The translations under genes were made by a program, and so were the position numbers. DNA of 64,000 nt from Candidatus Daviesbacteria bacterium RIFCSPLOWO2_01_FULL_39_23 (GTDB lineage Bacteria; Patescibacteriota; Microgenomatia; Daviesbacterales; UBA10151), in contig MFDN01000005.1 of NCBI GenBank assembly GCA_001776935.1, positions 68,893 to 132,892 of the forward strand. Direction: 5' to 3'. How positions within the stretch are numbered: position 1 is the first letter of the stretch; each line of letters starts with the position of its first letter. The notes below the pieces were generated by a model. It made no database searches. It worked only from the letters and a program-made list of their open reading frames with translations, and was not told where the DNA came from. Below are positions 28,615 through 37,959 of this stretch, piece after piece.

Positions 28615-28806
28615 TTATGGCTTATCTCTGCCGTGCATAAGTTTCAAAATATCTTCTTTTTTATAACGACGGTCTTTGCGTTGACCAAAGCGGACAGACT
28701 GTAAAATGCCTTTTTTATCCCATTGACGAAGAGTATTAGGATGAACACTAAGCAATTTGCTTGCCGCTGATAATGTTAAAAGCTGTGGAACGGTTTGGTC
28801 AGTCAT
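28615..28806 (-). CDS. Excisionase/MerR-type HTH DNA-binding protein
   Basis: 63 aa. LLTLSAASKLLSVHPNTLRQWDKKGIL matches the excisionase-family HTH pattern. Confidence 0.55.
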   Translation of the reverse strand: MTDQTVPQLLTLSAASKLLSVHPNTLRQWDKKGILQSVRFGQRKDRRYKKEDILKLMHGRDKP

Positions 28807-28827
28807 AATTGATAGCGGACTCGCTAT

Positions 28828-29799
28828 TTGTTAACATTAGACTACAATAAGCAACAGTTTATTGCAACTATGACGATGAAAATTGACGAGGAATACAAAA
28901 CCTACACAGCTTTTGTTACGAAACTCGCTGTTATAAAGCAACTCTTGCTTAATCAGGAAGAACCTTCTTATATCTTGGAACGCTACACTCAGAAACACTT
29001 ACTAAGTGAGGAGCAGTTTCAAGGGATACAATCTTTGGTTAACAAAGACAAGAACGAGTTAATAAGACTCTTGGACAAAAGTATAAAAGATTTCATGGCT
29101 GGTAGACATCTCGATAAAATTACAAATCCAGAGCTAATAAAATACTCCTATAAATACCAAAAAGATAACTTTATCAACAAAATCGCAGATTATATAAAAC
29201 AATATGGACTAAAAATACCACTCCATTTCGAGGAGGACGCTTCTCTCTTCGGAGAGAACACAACCAGGATAACCTTCATAGAAACTTTAATAGCCTTAGA
29301 GTCGGAAGGATTTATCTCGATTGTTAGTATTAGAGAAGGGACTTCAAAACCACACGAAATCATTACCGCAGACGCTGGCGTTTGGTCTTTGACCAAAGAT
29401 GAAAACAGAAGTGGTTTTACCGTTTACCCAGTTCCTATTGCTACTATACAGCTTACAAGAAAGTTAATTAGCCTTATCGAGCCCCGACTCTCATATACCC
29501 CTCACAAACTGTCCTTCAAAGGCAAAGTAATTTTTATTCCAGAAGGCGACCAAGATACACTCTGTAGGGTAATTTTGCGAAATAAAAATGCAATGAAAAG
29601 AGAGTGGTCATGGGATGAAGTGCTAGAAAAATCAGGAGAAAGAAATATCGACACAAATATGTGGCGCAGGGTTTATAACGCAGGGCGTGAGATCAATAAA
29701 AAAGTGGCAATAGAAACAACAATTAAGGATCTGCTCGATGTTAGAAAGCAGACAATCTCAGTAAACACAAAATATCTGCCATTTCCCCCGAACAAGTAG
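28828..29799 (+). CDS. Hypothetical protein
   Basis: 323-aa ORF in the island; no motif recognised. Confidence 0.35.
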   Translation: MLTLDYNKQQFIATMTMKIDEEYKTYTAFVTKLAVIKQLLLNQEEPSYILERYTQKHLLSEEQFQGIQSLVNKDKNELIRLLDKSIKDFMAGRHLDKITNPELIKYSYKYQKDNFINKIADYIKQYGLKIPLHFEEDASLFGENTTRITFIETLIALESEGFISIVSIREGTSKPHEIITADAGVWSLTKDENRSGFTVYPVPIATIQLTRKLISLIEPRLSYTPHKLSFKGKVIFIPEGDQDTLCRVILRNKNAMKREWSWDEVLEKSGERNIDTNMWRRVYNAGREINKKVAIETTIKDLLDVRKQTISVNTKYLPFPPNK

Positions 29800-29865
29800 T
29801 TAGATAACTTTATATAACCCCTTAGGAGCTAGGCTTATGTTAATAGCCTAGCTTTTTTTATAACT

Positions 29866-30117
29866 ATGAACCAGCAATTAAACGAGAATTACTATCAGAC
29901 CAGCGATCTATCTCTCGCCACAACCCTCTCTTTATTTGCGCCGATAGAAGAAATTGATCGTTCTACTAATCCCCGCAAAGCACTGTTTATCTTCCGCAAA
30001 ACTCCTGAACTGGAGAAGCTAATTGACCAGTATTTCCGAAACGAAATCAAAATCTCGCCTCAGACCTATTTTAATCAGTTGCGTGTCGTGAAGGCACGGC
30101 TCTATGCCAACGAATAA
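29866..30117 (+). CDS. Hypothetical small protein
   Basis: 83-aa ORF. Confidence 0.3.
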   Translation: MNQQLNENYYQTSDLSLATTLSLFAPIEEIDRSTNPRKALFIFRKTPELEKLIDQYFRNEIKISPQTYFNQLRVVKARLYANE

Positions 30118-30264
30118 CTATGATAGATAAAAATTTACTATTGGAACTAAAACAAATCTTAAAAGAAGACTTTGATCTGGAATTAAGCCTCCAGGAAGTT
30201 ACAGAGATAGGCACAACCCTACTGGCTTTTACCGAGACTTTATTAAAAATCGAGTCAACAAACA

Positions 30265-30528
30265 GTGGAGGAAACAGTTATGACGCCCATAGATAAATTT
30301 GTAAGCATTCTAAAACCGCTTTTATTAGCAGGGTGCGGTATTGAATTAACCACAGAAGAAGCGTCGATTGTGGCAAATACGCTGACAGATTTCTTTGAGG
30401 CATTGGCATTAATCGAACACAAAAAGGATTGTCCTAAGAAAGAAAAGCTTGAAGAATACTTGAGACAAAAATGGGGCGGTAAAAGAAAAATTAATATGAC
30501 CATAAATAACCATGATGATCTCAATTAA
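30265..30528 (+). CDS. Hypothetical small protein
   Basis: 87-aa ORF. Confidence 0.3.
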   Translation: MEETVMTPIDKFVSILKPLLLAGCGIELTTEEASIVANTLTDFFEALALIEHKKDCPKKEKLEEYLRQKWGGKRKINMTINNHDDLN

Positions 30529-30868
30529 CGATATAACTATCAAAATTAAACTCTTGAAATCAGAAACCATGCTAGCCCAGGCAACCGTAATACTTTTTGG
30601 TGTCTGGAAAGAACATGGCTGGAAGGTGTTGAGATCTGATCGACCACATCCAAAACATCAAGATTCCCTATGGTTTCAAGCGCCAAGCTATCGACTAGGT
30701 AGTGGTTGGCACGAAATCGTCTTTATCGATGATCTTGATCTATACGAGGCTGTGATAGAGAAGATTTACAACGCCTATTGCCTTGCCAAAAGCAAACAAC
30801 CCGATCAGGGAGAAAAAGAGGAAGAAATCAATCCAGAGGATGTCGATTTAGAAAGCATTAACTTATGA
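30512..30868 (+). CDS. Hypothetical protein
   Basis: 118-aa ORF. Confidence 0.3.
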   Translation: MMISINDITIKIKLLKSETMLAQATVILFGVWKEHGWKVLRSDRPHPKHQDSLWFQAPSYRLGSGWHEIVFIDDLDLYEAVIEKIYNAYCLAKSKQPDQGEKEEEINPEDVDLESINL

Positions 30869-30973
30869 AAAGACATAGTAACTATATAGGGACTTATAAA
30901 GGGAATTTTATAGTAACAATTTTTCCCTTTAAGAGGAAATGTATTTATATAAGTTACTATAGCTAATTTAACT

Positions 30974-31546
30974 ATGAATATCGTTACATCAAAGATACCA
31001 GGAGAACGAGCAAAACAATACGCCGCTTGGCTTCTTTATTGCGAAGTAGGCAGTTTAGAAAAAACGCTCAGGATGTGGGAGCGAATTTCAGCTCAAGATG
31101 ATACCGAAATGATACCGTTTTTTGGGGTTTTCCTGGGTAAACCCGCTGGTTTGGCAACACTCAAACGCTGGTCAGTCAAATATCGCTGGCAGGAACGAAC
31201 TGAGTTGAAAAACACAGAAGATCTGGAAGACATGAGGTTCAAGTTTAAGAGGATTAAGCAAACAAGAGCATATAAAATTGCCATTTTATTAGACAGGGTT
31301 CTTGATAGATTGGGTCGGCAGTTGGATCAAGGCATGTATGTCAGCACAAGAGATCTTTACACGCTTTGGAAGATGCACCGAGTTGAAGAGGGACTGAGTA
31401 TCGGAAACTACCAAGTTATCACTTACCAAGAACCGCCAGCAGAACCAAAAACCCCAGAAGAAATAGAGTTAGACAAGAAGATACAGGAAATAGTCAGTAG
31501 GTATCACAAGAACAACGACAAGGAGGAGCAACCTACCATTACTTGA
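30974..31546 (+). CDS. Hypothetical protein
   Basis: 190-aa ORF upstream of the serine recombinase. Confidence 0.35.
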   Translation: MNIVTSKIPGERAKQYAAWLLYCEVGSLEKTLRMWERISAQDDTEMIPFFGVFLGKPAGLATLKRWSVKYRWQERTELKNTEDLEDMRFKFKRIKQTRAYKIAILLDRVLDRLGRQLDQGMYVSTRDLYTLWKMHRVEEGLSIGNYQVITYQEPPAEPKTPEEIELDKKIQEIVSRYHKNNDKEEQPTIT

Positions 31547-31592
31547 TATTGCCAAACAATTTGTTTATGTTCTGTGTTACATCAAAATTACT

Positions 31593-33275
31593 ATGAAAAC
31601 TGCCATATTCTGCCGAGTAAGCAGTAAAGAACAAGAAGAAACAGGCTACTCCCTGCCAGCTCAGGAGAAGTTCTTGAGAGAGTATGCTGACAAACAGGGC
31701 TTGGAAGTCGCCAAAGTCTTCGCCGTCTCCGAGTCCGCAGCAGGCAAGGTTCAGAGAAAAATCTTCATCGAGATGGTCGCCTATGTCCGCAAGCATACCA
31801 TTCCCACGATTATCGTGGAAACAACTGACCGTTTAACCAGGAATTTCTCTGATGTCCCCACCATTGACTTATGGATTACCGAGAACGAAGAACACCAAGT
31901 CCACCTGGCAAAAGAAGGCTGTATCCTCCACAACTCCTCCCGCTCTCACGAATGGTTTATGTGGCGGGTCAAAGTGGCCACCGCCGAGTATTACGTCCGT
32001 CTTCTTTCAGAGAATGTGAAGAAGGGGCAGAAAGAAAAACTAGCCCAAGGCTGGATCCCCACCAAACCACCACTTGGGTACAAAACAGTGGGTGAAACCG
32101 GCCACAAAATCCATGTCGTTGATGAAGGTGCTTCTAAGCTAGTAATCAAGATGTTTGAGCTCTACGCCTCCGGCGATTATTCCATCAAAAAGCTTGCAAC
32201 CACTATGTATGAAGAAGGCATGCGCTCACCGCAGGGCAACAGACTGGCGATCAGCAGGACCCACTCCCTGCTGCGTGATCCTTTCTATATGGGTAAAATA
32301 AGGTGGAACAATGAGATCAGCGAAGGCAAACATCAACCGTTAATCAGTAAAGAACTATTTGATAAGGTCCAAAATATGCTTGTGAGCAAAACCACCCCTA
32401 AATATATGAAGCACGACTACCTCTTCAAAGGATTAATCCGCTGTGCAGGCTGTGACGGACTGATTACCTGGGAACTACATCGGGGTCATCACTACGGACA
32501 TTGCAACCACTATCACGACTGTACCCAAGAAACGTGGGTCAAGGAACCGGAAACCGAAGAACAACTCTTAGACGGTTTTGATAGCCTCCGCATCAAAAAC
32601 CAGCGGGTAACTGAGTGGCTCAAGAAAGCTCTCAAAGAAAGCCACCAGGACGAAGTTCAATACCACAACAGCACCGTCGGCGATCTGGAAACCCGCTATG
32701 AAGCTGTCAGCAGAAGAATGGACAAGTTGTACGATGACAAGCTCGATGAGAAAATTACTCAGGAGTTTTATAACCGCAAGTTCAAGCAATACTCCAATGA
32801 AAAAGACGAACTAACCGAAACCATCAAACGCCACTCCATCGCCAGCACTGGCTACATAAACTTTGGTATTAATCTCTATGATCTCTCGCAACGAGCCAAA
32901 AACATCTACCTAACCGCCAAAAATAAAGATATGTTGGACGAACAACGAGCACTGATTAGGCTGGTCTTCGCCAAGTTAACGCTCAATGAAGGCAAACTTA
33001 GCTGGGAATACTCCAAGGCATTTAAAATGCTTTCAGAAGCAGTAGCCCAAACCAATTGTTCTAAAGTGGAAAATTTAGAGGATTTTGAAAAAGGAACTTT
33101 CGAACATGCAGAATTGCCCGACAATTCAACACAAAAGGACGCTTTATTGCCTCTGCGTCCCATCTGGCTCCCCCGCGTGGATTCGAACCACGAACCTCGA
33201 TCTTACAGAATTCCACTTGTTACCAAATGGTCTGGACTATCTAATCATCCCAAGATGCGGGAGCCGGGTATATAG
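31593..33275 (+). CDS. Large serine recombinase (resolvase catalytic domain, recombinase domain, zinc ribbon)
   Basis: 560 aa. N-terminal AIFCRVSSKEQ (catalytic Ser); zinc ribbon CAGCDGL...HCNHYHDC. The last ~37 codons run antisense over the tRNA-Asn 3' exon and intron. Confidence 0.85.
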   Translation: MKTAIFCRVSSKEQEETGYSLPAQEKFLREYADKQGLEVAKVFAVSESAAGKVQRKIFIEMVAYVRKHTIPTIIVETTDRLTRNFSDVPTIDLWITENEEHQVHLAKEGCILHNSSRSHEWFMWRVKVATAEYYVRLLSENVKKGQKEKLAQGWIPTKPPLGYKTVGETGHKIHVVDEGASKLVIKMFELYASGDYSIKKLATTMYEEGMRSPQGNRLAISRTHSLLRDPFYMGKIRWNNEISEGKHQPLISKELFDKVQNMLVSKTTPKYMKHDYLFKGLIRCAGCDGLITWELHRGHHYGHCNHYHDCTQETWVKEPETEEQLLDGFDSLRIKNQRVTEWLKKALKESHQDEVQYHNSTVGDLETRYEAVSRRMDKLYDDKLDEKITQEFYNRKFKQYSNEKDELTETIKRHSIASTGYINFGINLYDLSQRAKNIYLTAKNKDMLDEQRALIRLVFAKLTLNEGKLSWEYSKAFKMLSEAVAQTNCSKVENLEDFEKGTFEHAELPDNSTQKDALLPLRPIWLPRVDSNHEPRSYRIPLVTKWSGLSNHPKMREPGI

Positions 33276-33433
33276 TCTCTACACATTTACCCCGCCACAG
33301 CGGGGATTTAGCTCGGGATTACCCTTCGATTACTCTCAGGGCTTCCCCGAATTAGCCCGATTTTCATCTCGGCATTACTGCCGGGAGCTGCCTATTTTGA
33401 CAGGATCTCGCTCTACCGTTGAGCTACAGGGGA
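33165..33433 (-). tRNA. tRNA-Asn (GUU) interrupted by a group I intron; exons 33433-33400 and 33205-33165
   Basis: 5' exon UCCCCUGUAGCUCAACGGUAGAGCGAGAUCCUGU resembles the E. coli tRNA-Asn 5' half. 3' exon UAAGAUCGAGGUUCGUGGUUCGAAUCCACGCGGGGGAGCCA. Joined anticodon loop CUGUUAA. Acceptor pairs with a G-U wobble; CCA encoded. Confidence 0.7.
33206..33399 (-). ncRNA. Group I intron (~194 nt) in the tRNA-Asn anticodon loop, between nt 35 and 36
   Basis: 5' exon ends in U and the intron ends in G (omega-G). The core contains GUGUAGAGACUAUAUACCCGG and UAGAUAGUCCAGACC, which resemble conserved group I P7/P3 and S-element segments recalled from the Azoarcus tRNA-Ile intron (GUGUAGAGACUAGACGG, AGAUAGUCC). 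Confidence 0.6.
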
Positions 33434-33436
33434 TTA

Positions 33437-34132
33437 TTAATGTACGTGAGCTATTCTATCATCCATCAAAGCTGAAATCCACCCCATTATTCGTCGCTGC
33501 TTATCAGAAACACTAAAATTAATCGAAAAAATCCCATATTTATGAATATTTTTTCTAACTTTTCTGCTGTTTATTTTATTTTCTGCAATATATGTTTTGA
33601 AGAATTGGTTCTCCGGAATCCCAGTTATCTTTGTCCAGTATTTCTTTGCTCTATCCACATCTAATCCTTCATGTATCCAAATAGCTCCTCTAAATCTAGA
33701 CAAAGGAATCTCACAAAATTCTTTAAACCAGCTCATCATAAACTTAATTATCTTAGGGTCACTATTGGCCAAGCCAGCCCGACCATCTCCCTTATTCCCT
33801 TCTCCTGCATATAATGTTATTCCTGCTATAAATCTATCCCTTTTGCTTAGATCTCCAAGTTCTTTTTTTGCTTCTTCATAAATAGTTTGTGTTCTAAGAA
33901 TCCTAGCACGTCTTTTATTATCTGCTGCTACAATCGAACCCTTCTTTTGGCCGAACATCTTGTTCTCAAGAAGCTTCTTTTTTTGGTCTTGTGTAAGCTT
34001 AATATCCCGACACCATCTGCTAATAGTATCCTTTGACACATGAATTTGTTGCATTATTTTACCGTAAGATAAACCCTTTTTGCGTAGCGCCTGAGCTTTA
34101 ATCTTCTCTTCTAATTTTCCAACATATCCCAT
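33437..34132 (-). CDS. HTH-domain protein of unknown function; paralog of 2908-3603; abuts the 5' end of tRNA-Asn
   Basis: 231 aa. N-terminal HTH (LSYGKIMQQIHVSKDTISRWCRD). Shares FIAGITLYAGEGNKG, SDPKIIKF and IPENQFFK motifs with its paralog. Confidence 0.55.
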   Translation of the reverse strand: MGYVGKLEEKIKAQALRKKGLSYGKIMQQIHVSKDTISRWCRDIKLTQDQKKKLLENKMFGQKKGSIVAADNKRRARILRTQTIYEEAKKELGDLSKRDRFIAGITLYAGEGNKGDGRAGLANSDPKIIKFMMSWFKEFCEIPLSRFRGAIWIHEGLDVDRAKKYWTKITGIPENQFFKTYIAENKINSRKVRKNIHKYGIFSINFSVSDKQRRIMGWISALMDDRIAHVH

Positions 34133-34245
34133 ACTTACATTATCAAATTAGGACTAAGTATTGTCAATATATTACTATGGTTGGTAATACGATTTGAATT
34201 CTCCAATTAAAAGTAGCACACTAAAGATTAAGGAGGTGAGAAATT

Positions 34246-34512
34246 TTGAAACTGAATCCTAACAAAACAGCTTTGACTGTCGGAACCTTCGTTGGGCTGT
34301 GGCATTTTGTCTGGGGGCTACTGGTAACTTTTGGATTTGCTCAAATCCTTTTGGACTTTATTTATGGTATTCATTTTATGAATAATCCATTTACGATCCA
34401 GCCATTTGATCTGATTAAATGGATTACTCTAGTCGTGGTAACAACCATAGTCGGTTATATTTTTGGTTATATTTTTACCATAATTTGGAATAAAGTTCAG
34501 AAACAGAAATAG
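34246..34512 (+). CDS. Small membrane protein (2-3 TM)
   Basis: 88-aa hydrophobic ORF. Confidence 0.3.
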   Translation: MKLNPNKTALTVGTFVGLWHFVWGLLVTFGFAQILLDFIYGIHFMNNPFTIQPFDLIKWITLVVVTTIVGYIFGYIFTIIWNKVQKQK

Positions 34513-34568
34513 TAGAGATTGCCGCGTCGGGTCGAAGAATCGACCCTCCTCGCAATGACGGGATGGGG

Positions 34569-35660
34569 TTATTCCAGGTAGTCCCGCAGCTTTTTGGCTC
34601 TGGTGGGGTGCTTTAATTTTCTGATGGCTTTGGCTTCAATTTGTCTGATTCTTTCCCTGGTTACCCCAAATTCTTTGCCTACTTCCTCCAAAGTCCGCTG
34701 CTTTCCATCTTCCAAACCAAACCTAAGCTGCAGCACCCTTTTTTCCCGGGGGGAAAGCGAATCCAAAACCTCATCAAGGTGTATTTTTAAAAGCTCTCTT
34801 GTTGCCTGCTCATCCGGCTGTAAACCCTGATCTGCGATAAAATCCCCTAAATGAGAATCTTCCTCATCCCCGACAGGAGTTTCCAGGGAGGTTGGTTCCT
34901 GTGACACTTTTATAATTTCCCGAGCTTTAGTTTCATCAATTCCTAATGCTTTGGCCACTTCTTCCGGGGTCGGCTCCCTGCCCAGTTCCTGCATCAATTT
35001 TCTTTGAGTCCTGTTAAAGCGATTTATAGTTTCAACCATATGAACAGGAATGCGGATTGTCCTGGCCTGATCTGCAATTGCCCGGGTGATTGCCTGCCTG
35101 ATCCACCAGGTGGCATAAGTTGAGAACTTATATCCCCTTCTCCAGTCATACTTATCAACCGCCCTCATCAAACCAATATTCCCCTCTTCAATTAAATCAA
35201 GTAAACTCATTCCGCGCCCGACATATTTTTTGGCAATGGAAACAACCAGCCTTAAATTAGCGCTGATTAATTTATCACGGGCAGCTTTAACATTTTTCTC
35301 TGCTTTTTTTGCAAGCTCTATTTCATCCGCTGCTGTTAAAAGCGGAATTTTGCCGATATCCCGCAAATACTGCCGGACAGGATCTGTAACAGAACCTGCC
35401 TCCAAAGTAGATAAAACTTCCAGTTCTTTTTCAAGCTCTGTTGTGGATTTAGTCTCAACTTCAAGCTCCTCTGCCGTAGTTTCAAAAACATCAATGTTTT
35501 CATCGGTCAGTTGGAGAAAAAATGCATCCAGGGCTTCTATGGTTTCTTCAGGTTTTGGGAAAATCTGCAGGATTTCTTCCTGCGTTACAAAGCCTCTGCT
35601 TTTACCCAGCTTAAGCAGTTTTTTGATATCTAAAGATGTTTGTTTTTTTTGTTTAGCCAT
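34569..35660 (-). CDS. rpoD: RNA polymerase sigma-70 factor (primary sigma)
   Basis: 363 aa. Regions 2-4 including [30 protein letters not shown] and the region-4 [23 protein letters not shown]. Confidence 0.9.
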   Translation of the reverse strand: MAKQKKQTSLDIKKLLKLGKSRGFVTQEEILQIFPKPEETIEALDAFFLQLTDENIDVFETTAEELEVETKSTTELEKELEVLSTLEAGSVTDPVRQYLRDIGKIPLLTAADEIELAKKAEKNVKAARDKLISANLRLVVSIAKKYVGRGMSLLDLIEEGNIGLMRAVDKYDWRRGYKFSTYATWWIRQAITRAIADQARTIRIPVHMVETINRFNRTQRKLMQELGREPTPEEVAKALGIDETKAREIIKVSQEPTSLETPVGDEEDSHLGDFIADQGLQPDEQATRELLKIHLDEVLDSLSPREKRVLQLRFGLEDGKQRTLEEVGKEFGVTRERIRQIEAKAIRKLKHPTRAKKLRDYLE

Positions 35661-35665
35661 GGTGG

Positions 35666-37471
35666 TTATAAATTCTTTAATTTCACTGACAAATCCCTAA
35701 ACCGCTTGTTTAGAGACTCAACTGTATCCATCTTATCAAACTCTTGGGCATTTTTTATTTCCAGGGAGAGCTTTTCCAAGGATGCTTTAATTAAGGCTTT
35801 TTTAAGTTCCGATATAACCCCTTCCAACTCTTTTTTCCAGTGTTTATCCTCACTAAACCTTTCGTCAAGCTCCATTAAGTATAGCCTATCTACTTCTACA
35901 GTCAACTCGGAAGGCAAAGTAGAGACAAAATCATTAATATTAAATGCCGTACTTTTAAAAGATATCGAGTCTAAATAAAGCACTAAAAGTACGTAAAGCT
36001 GGCGCCATTTTTCTGCCAAAAACAACGTTTCGGGAAAACCGGGGACAAAATCACTTTCCTGGGGCGGGTGCAGGAGCAAAGCTATTAAATATTCTTCCAA
36101 AAGCTCCCTTCGCCCTTTAACAGGCACAACATTATCTGCAGTTTTGGTAGTTTGCAGCAGCGGAGCATAGCTTTTCGGAGAAGCAGTGCGGGCTTTTTCT
36201 ACCGCCACACGTAAGATCTTCTCATCTGTTTTCAAAAAAGAAGCCAGTCTTTGAATATACCGCTCCCTTACCAAATCATCTGTAATTTTTGCCCAGACAG
36301 GAATTAACTCTTCTCCAATTTTGCGCAAATCAGAAGGCTTTTTGCTGTCATATCTTTTTGCAATAGAGGTTAAGTAATAATCATAAATCGGAACTGCCCC
36401 GGAAATTGCTTTTTGCCAAATAGCCGGATCGCTTTTAATAACCTCTGCCGCGTCTTTGCCGCCCTCAAGCTGCACCACTTGAATATTTAATCCTGCTTTA
36501 TCCGCAATTTCGATACCGCGCCGACAGGCGCTGTCTCCTGCCAGATCCATATCAAAACCCAAACTCAAATTTTCAGTAAATTTTTTCAGCATGTCAATTT
36601 GCCCTTCGGTTAAAGCAGTGCCTTTTGAGGCAACAACATTTTTAAACCCCGCCTGGTAAGAGGCAATCATATCCATCTCCCCCTCTACAAGCACTACTTC
36701 TTTTTTGTTTCTGATCTCTCCTTTTGCCAGATTTAAACCAAATAAGAAATTACCTTTATCAAAAATAGGGGTCTGCGGAGTATTAATGTATTTTGGTTCT
36801 GCAGGCATTAACACCCTGCCGGAAAAACCTCTTAAGTTGCCTTTCGCGTCAATTAAAGGAAAAGTAATCCTGCCTCTGAAACGATCATAACTGCCGCTTT
36901 TTGAAGCCACTCCAAGTCCTGAGGAAATAATTTCCTGATGAGTAAATCCTCTTTTTAATAGAAACCTTGTCAAGGATTCCCATGAGTTAGGGGCATAACC
37001 TATACCAAACTCCTCAATTATTTCAGTTAAAATTCCCCTTTCCTGCAAATAATTCAAAGCTTTTTTACCTAAAGGGTGTTTGGTTAAAATATAGTGGAAA
37101 AACTCCTGGGCTTTTAAGTTGATTTCAAACAACCTGTCTTTAAAATCTTTTTTATCATCGGCTTTTTTTTGCAAAACCACGCCGGCTTTTTTGGCCAGCA
37201 TTTCCAAAGCTTCTTTAAATTCCATCCCCTCTTTTTCCATTAAAAAAGTAAACAAATCTCCACCTTTTTGGCAGCCAAAGCAATGCCAAATTTGACGTTC
37301 AGGAGAGACTACAAAAGAAGGAGTTTTTTCGTTATGAAAAGGACAAGGGGCTTTAAAATTTACACCGGCTTTTTTTAAAGTAAGATATTCAGAAATCAAA
37401 TCAACAATATTGATTTTCTCTTTAATAAGTTCAACATCATCCATAGGTTTACAATAATCCCAAAAGCCCAT
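35666..37471 (-). CDS. dnaG: DNA primase
   Basis: 601 aa. CHC2 zinc finger [11 protein letters not shown]...[10 protein letters not shown]; TOPRIM (EGEMD...D); classic dnaG-rpoD order. Confidence 0.9.
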   Translation of the reverse strand: MGFWDYCKPMDDVELIKEKINIVDLISEYLTLKKAGVNFKAPCPFHNEKTPSFVVSPERQIWHCFGCQKGGDLFTFLMEKEGMEFKEALEMLAKKAGVVLQKKADDKKDFKDRLFEINLKAQEFFHYILTKHPLGKKALNYLQERGILTEIIEEFGIGYAPNSWESLTRFLLKRGFTHQEIISSGLGVASKSGSYDRFRGRITFPLIDAKGNLRGFSGRVLMPAEPKYINTPQTPIFDKGNFLFGLNLAKGEIRNKKEVVLVEGEMDMIASYQAGFKNVVASKGTALTEGQIDMLKKFTENLSLGFDMDLAGDSACRRGIEIADKAGLNIQVVQLEGGKDAAEVIKSDPAIWQKAISGAVPIYDYYLTSIAKRYDSKKPSDLRKIGEELIPVWAKITDDLVRERYIQRLASFLKTDEKILRVAVEKARTASPKSYAPLLQTTKTADNVVPVKGRRELLEEYLIALLLHPPQESDFVPGFPETLFLAEKWRQLYVLLVLYLDSISFKSTAFNINDFVSTLPSELTVEVDRLYLMELDERFSEDKHWKKELEGVISELKKALIKASLEKLSLEIKNAQEFDKMDTVESLNKRFRDLSVKLKNL

Positions 37472-37547
37472 GCAAAATTAAGCTTCCAGGTATTGTTGCG
37501 GCCGATTGTACACTAAAAAGTTCCCGAAGACAAGCCTGGATAGAGTC

Positions 37548-37577
37548 TAGTGACTAGAGTCTGGAATCCAGGTATAA
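37548..37577 (+). promoter_or_regulatory. Putative sigma-70 promoter for tRNA-Ser
   Basis: TGACTA, 16-nt spacer, TATAAT, ending ~12 nt before the tRNA 5' end. Confidence 0.35.
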
Positions 37578-37589
37578 TGTGAAACACTT

Positions 37590-37674
37590 GGAGGGATCGC
37601 ATAGTGGCCTAGTGCGCGGGCTTGGAAAGCTCGTATACCGCAAGGTATCGTGGGTTCAAATCCCACTCCCTCCG
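37590..37674 (+). tRNA. tRNA-Ser (GGA)
   Basis: Acceptor GGAGGGA/UCCCUCC; anticodon loop UUGGAAA; long variable arm; T-loop UUCAAAU. Confidence 0.85.
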
Positions 37675-37701
37675 CAGGTTGTCATAGTGTATAATAATTT
37701 T

Positions 37702-37959
37702 ATGTTTAATAACTGGCAGATGCCGAATTTAGGAGCAGGAATATATTTGCTGATTTTGTGGGAAATTTTTTGGAAGGGAGTGGGTCTTTGGAAATCTGCC
37801 AAAAAAGGCGACCTGATCTGGTTTTTGGCAATATTTTTGATTAATTTTTTTGGCATTATTCCCCTCTTTTACCTTTGGAAAACCAAACAATTAGACGGAG
37901 TTATTAAAGATTTTCAAAATTTCTTTAAATCGCTGTTTTTAAGGTTTCAAAAGAAGTAA
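37702..37959 (+). CDS. Small membrane protein (2 TM)
   Basis: Downstream part of ORF 37579-37959, beginning at MFNNWQ after the tRNA; hydrophobic. Confidence 0.3.
   Translation: MFNNWQMPNLGAGIYLLILWEIFWKGVGLWKSAKKGDLIWFLAIFLINFFGIIPLFYLWKTKQLDGVIKDFQNFFKSLFLRFQKK

Noticed and set aside
33085-33516. 143-aa plus-strand ORF
   Set aside because: It lies antisense across the structured tRNA-Asn exons and group I intron; the open frame is explained by the GC-rich structured RNA, not by a protein.
37579-37701. 5' part of ORF 37579-37959
   Set aside because: Overlaps tRNA-Ser (GGA) on the same strand; only the downstream part from MFNNWQ is kept as a possible small membrane protein.
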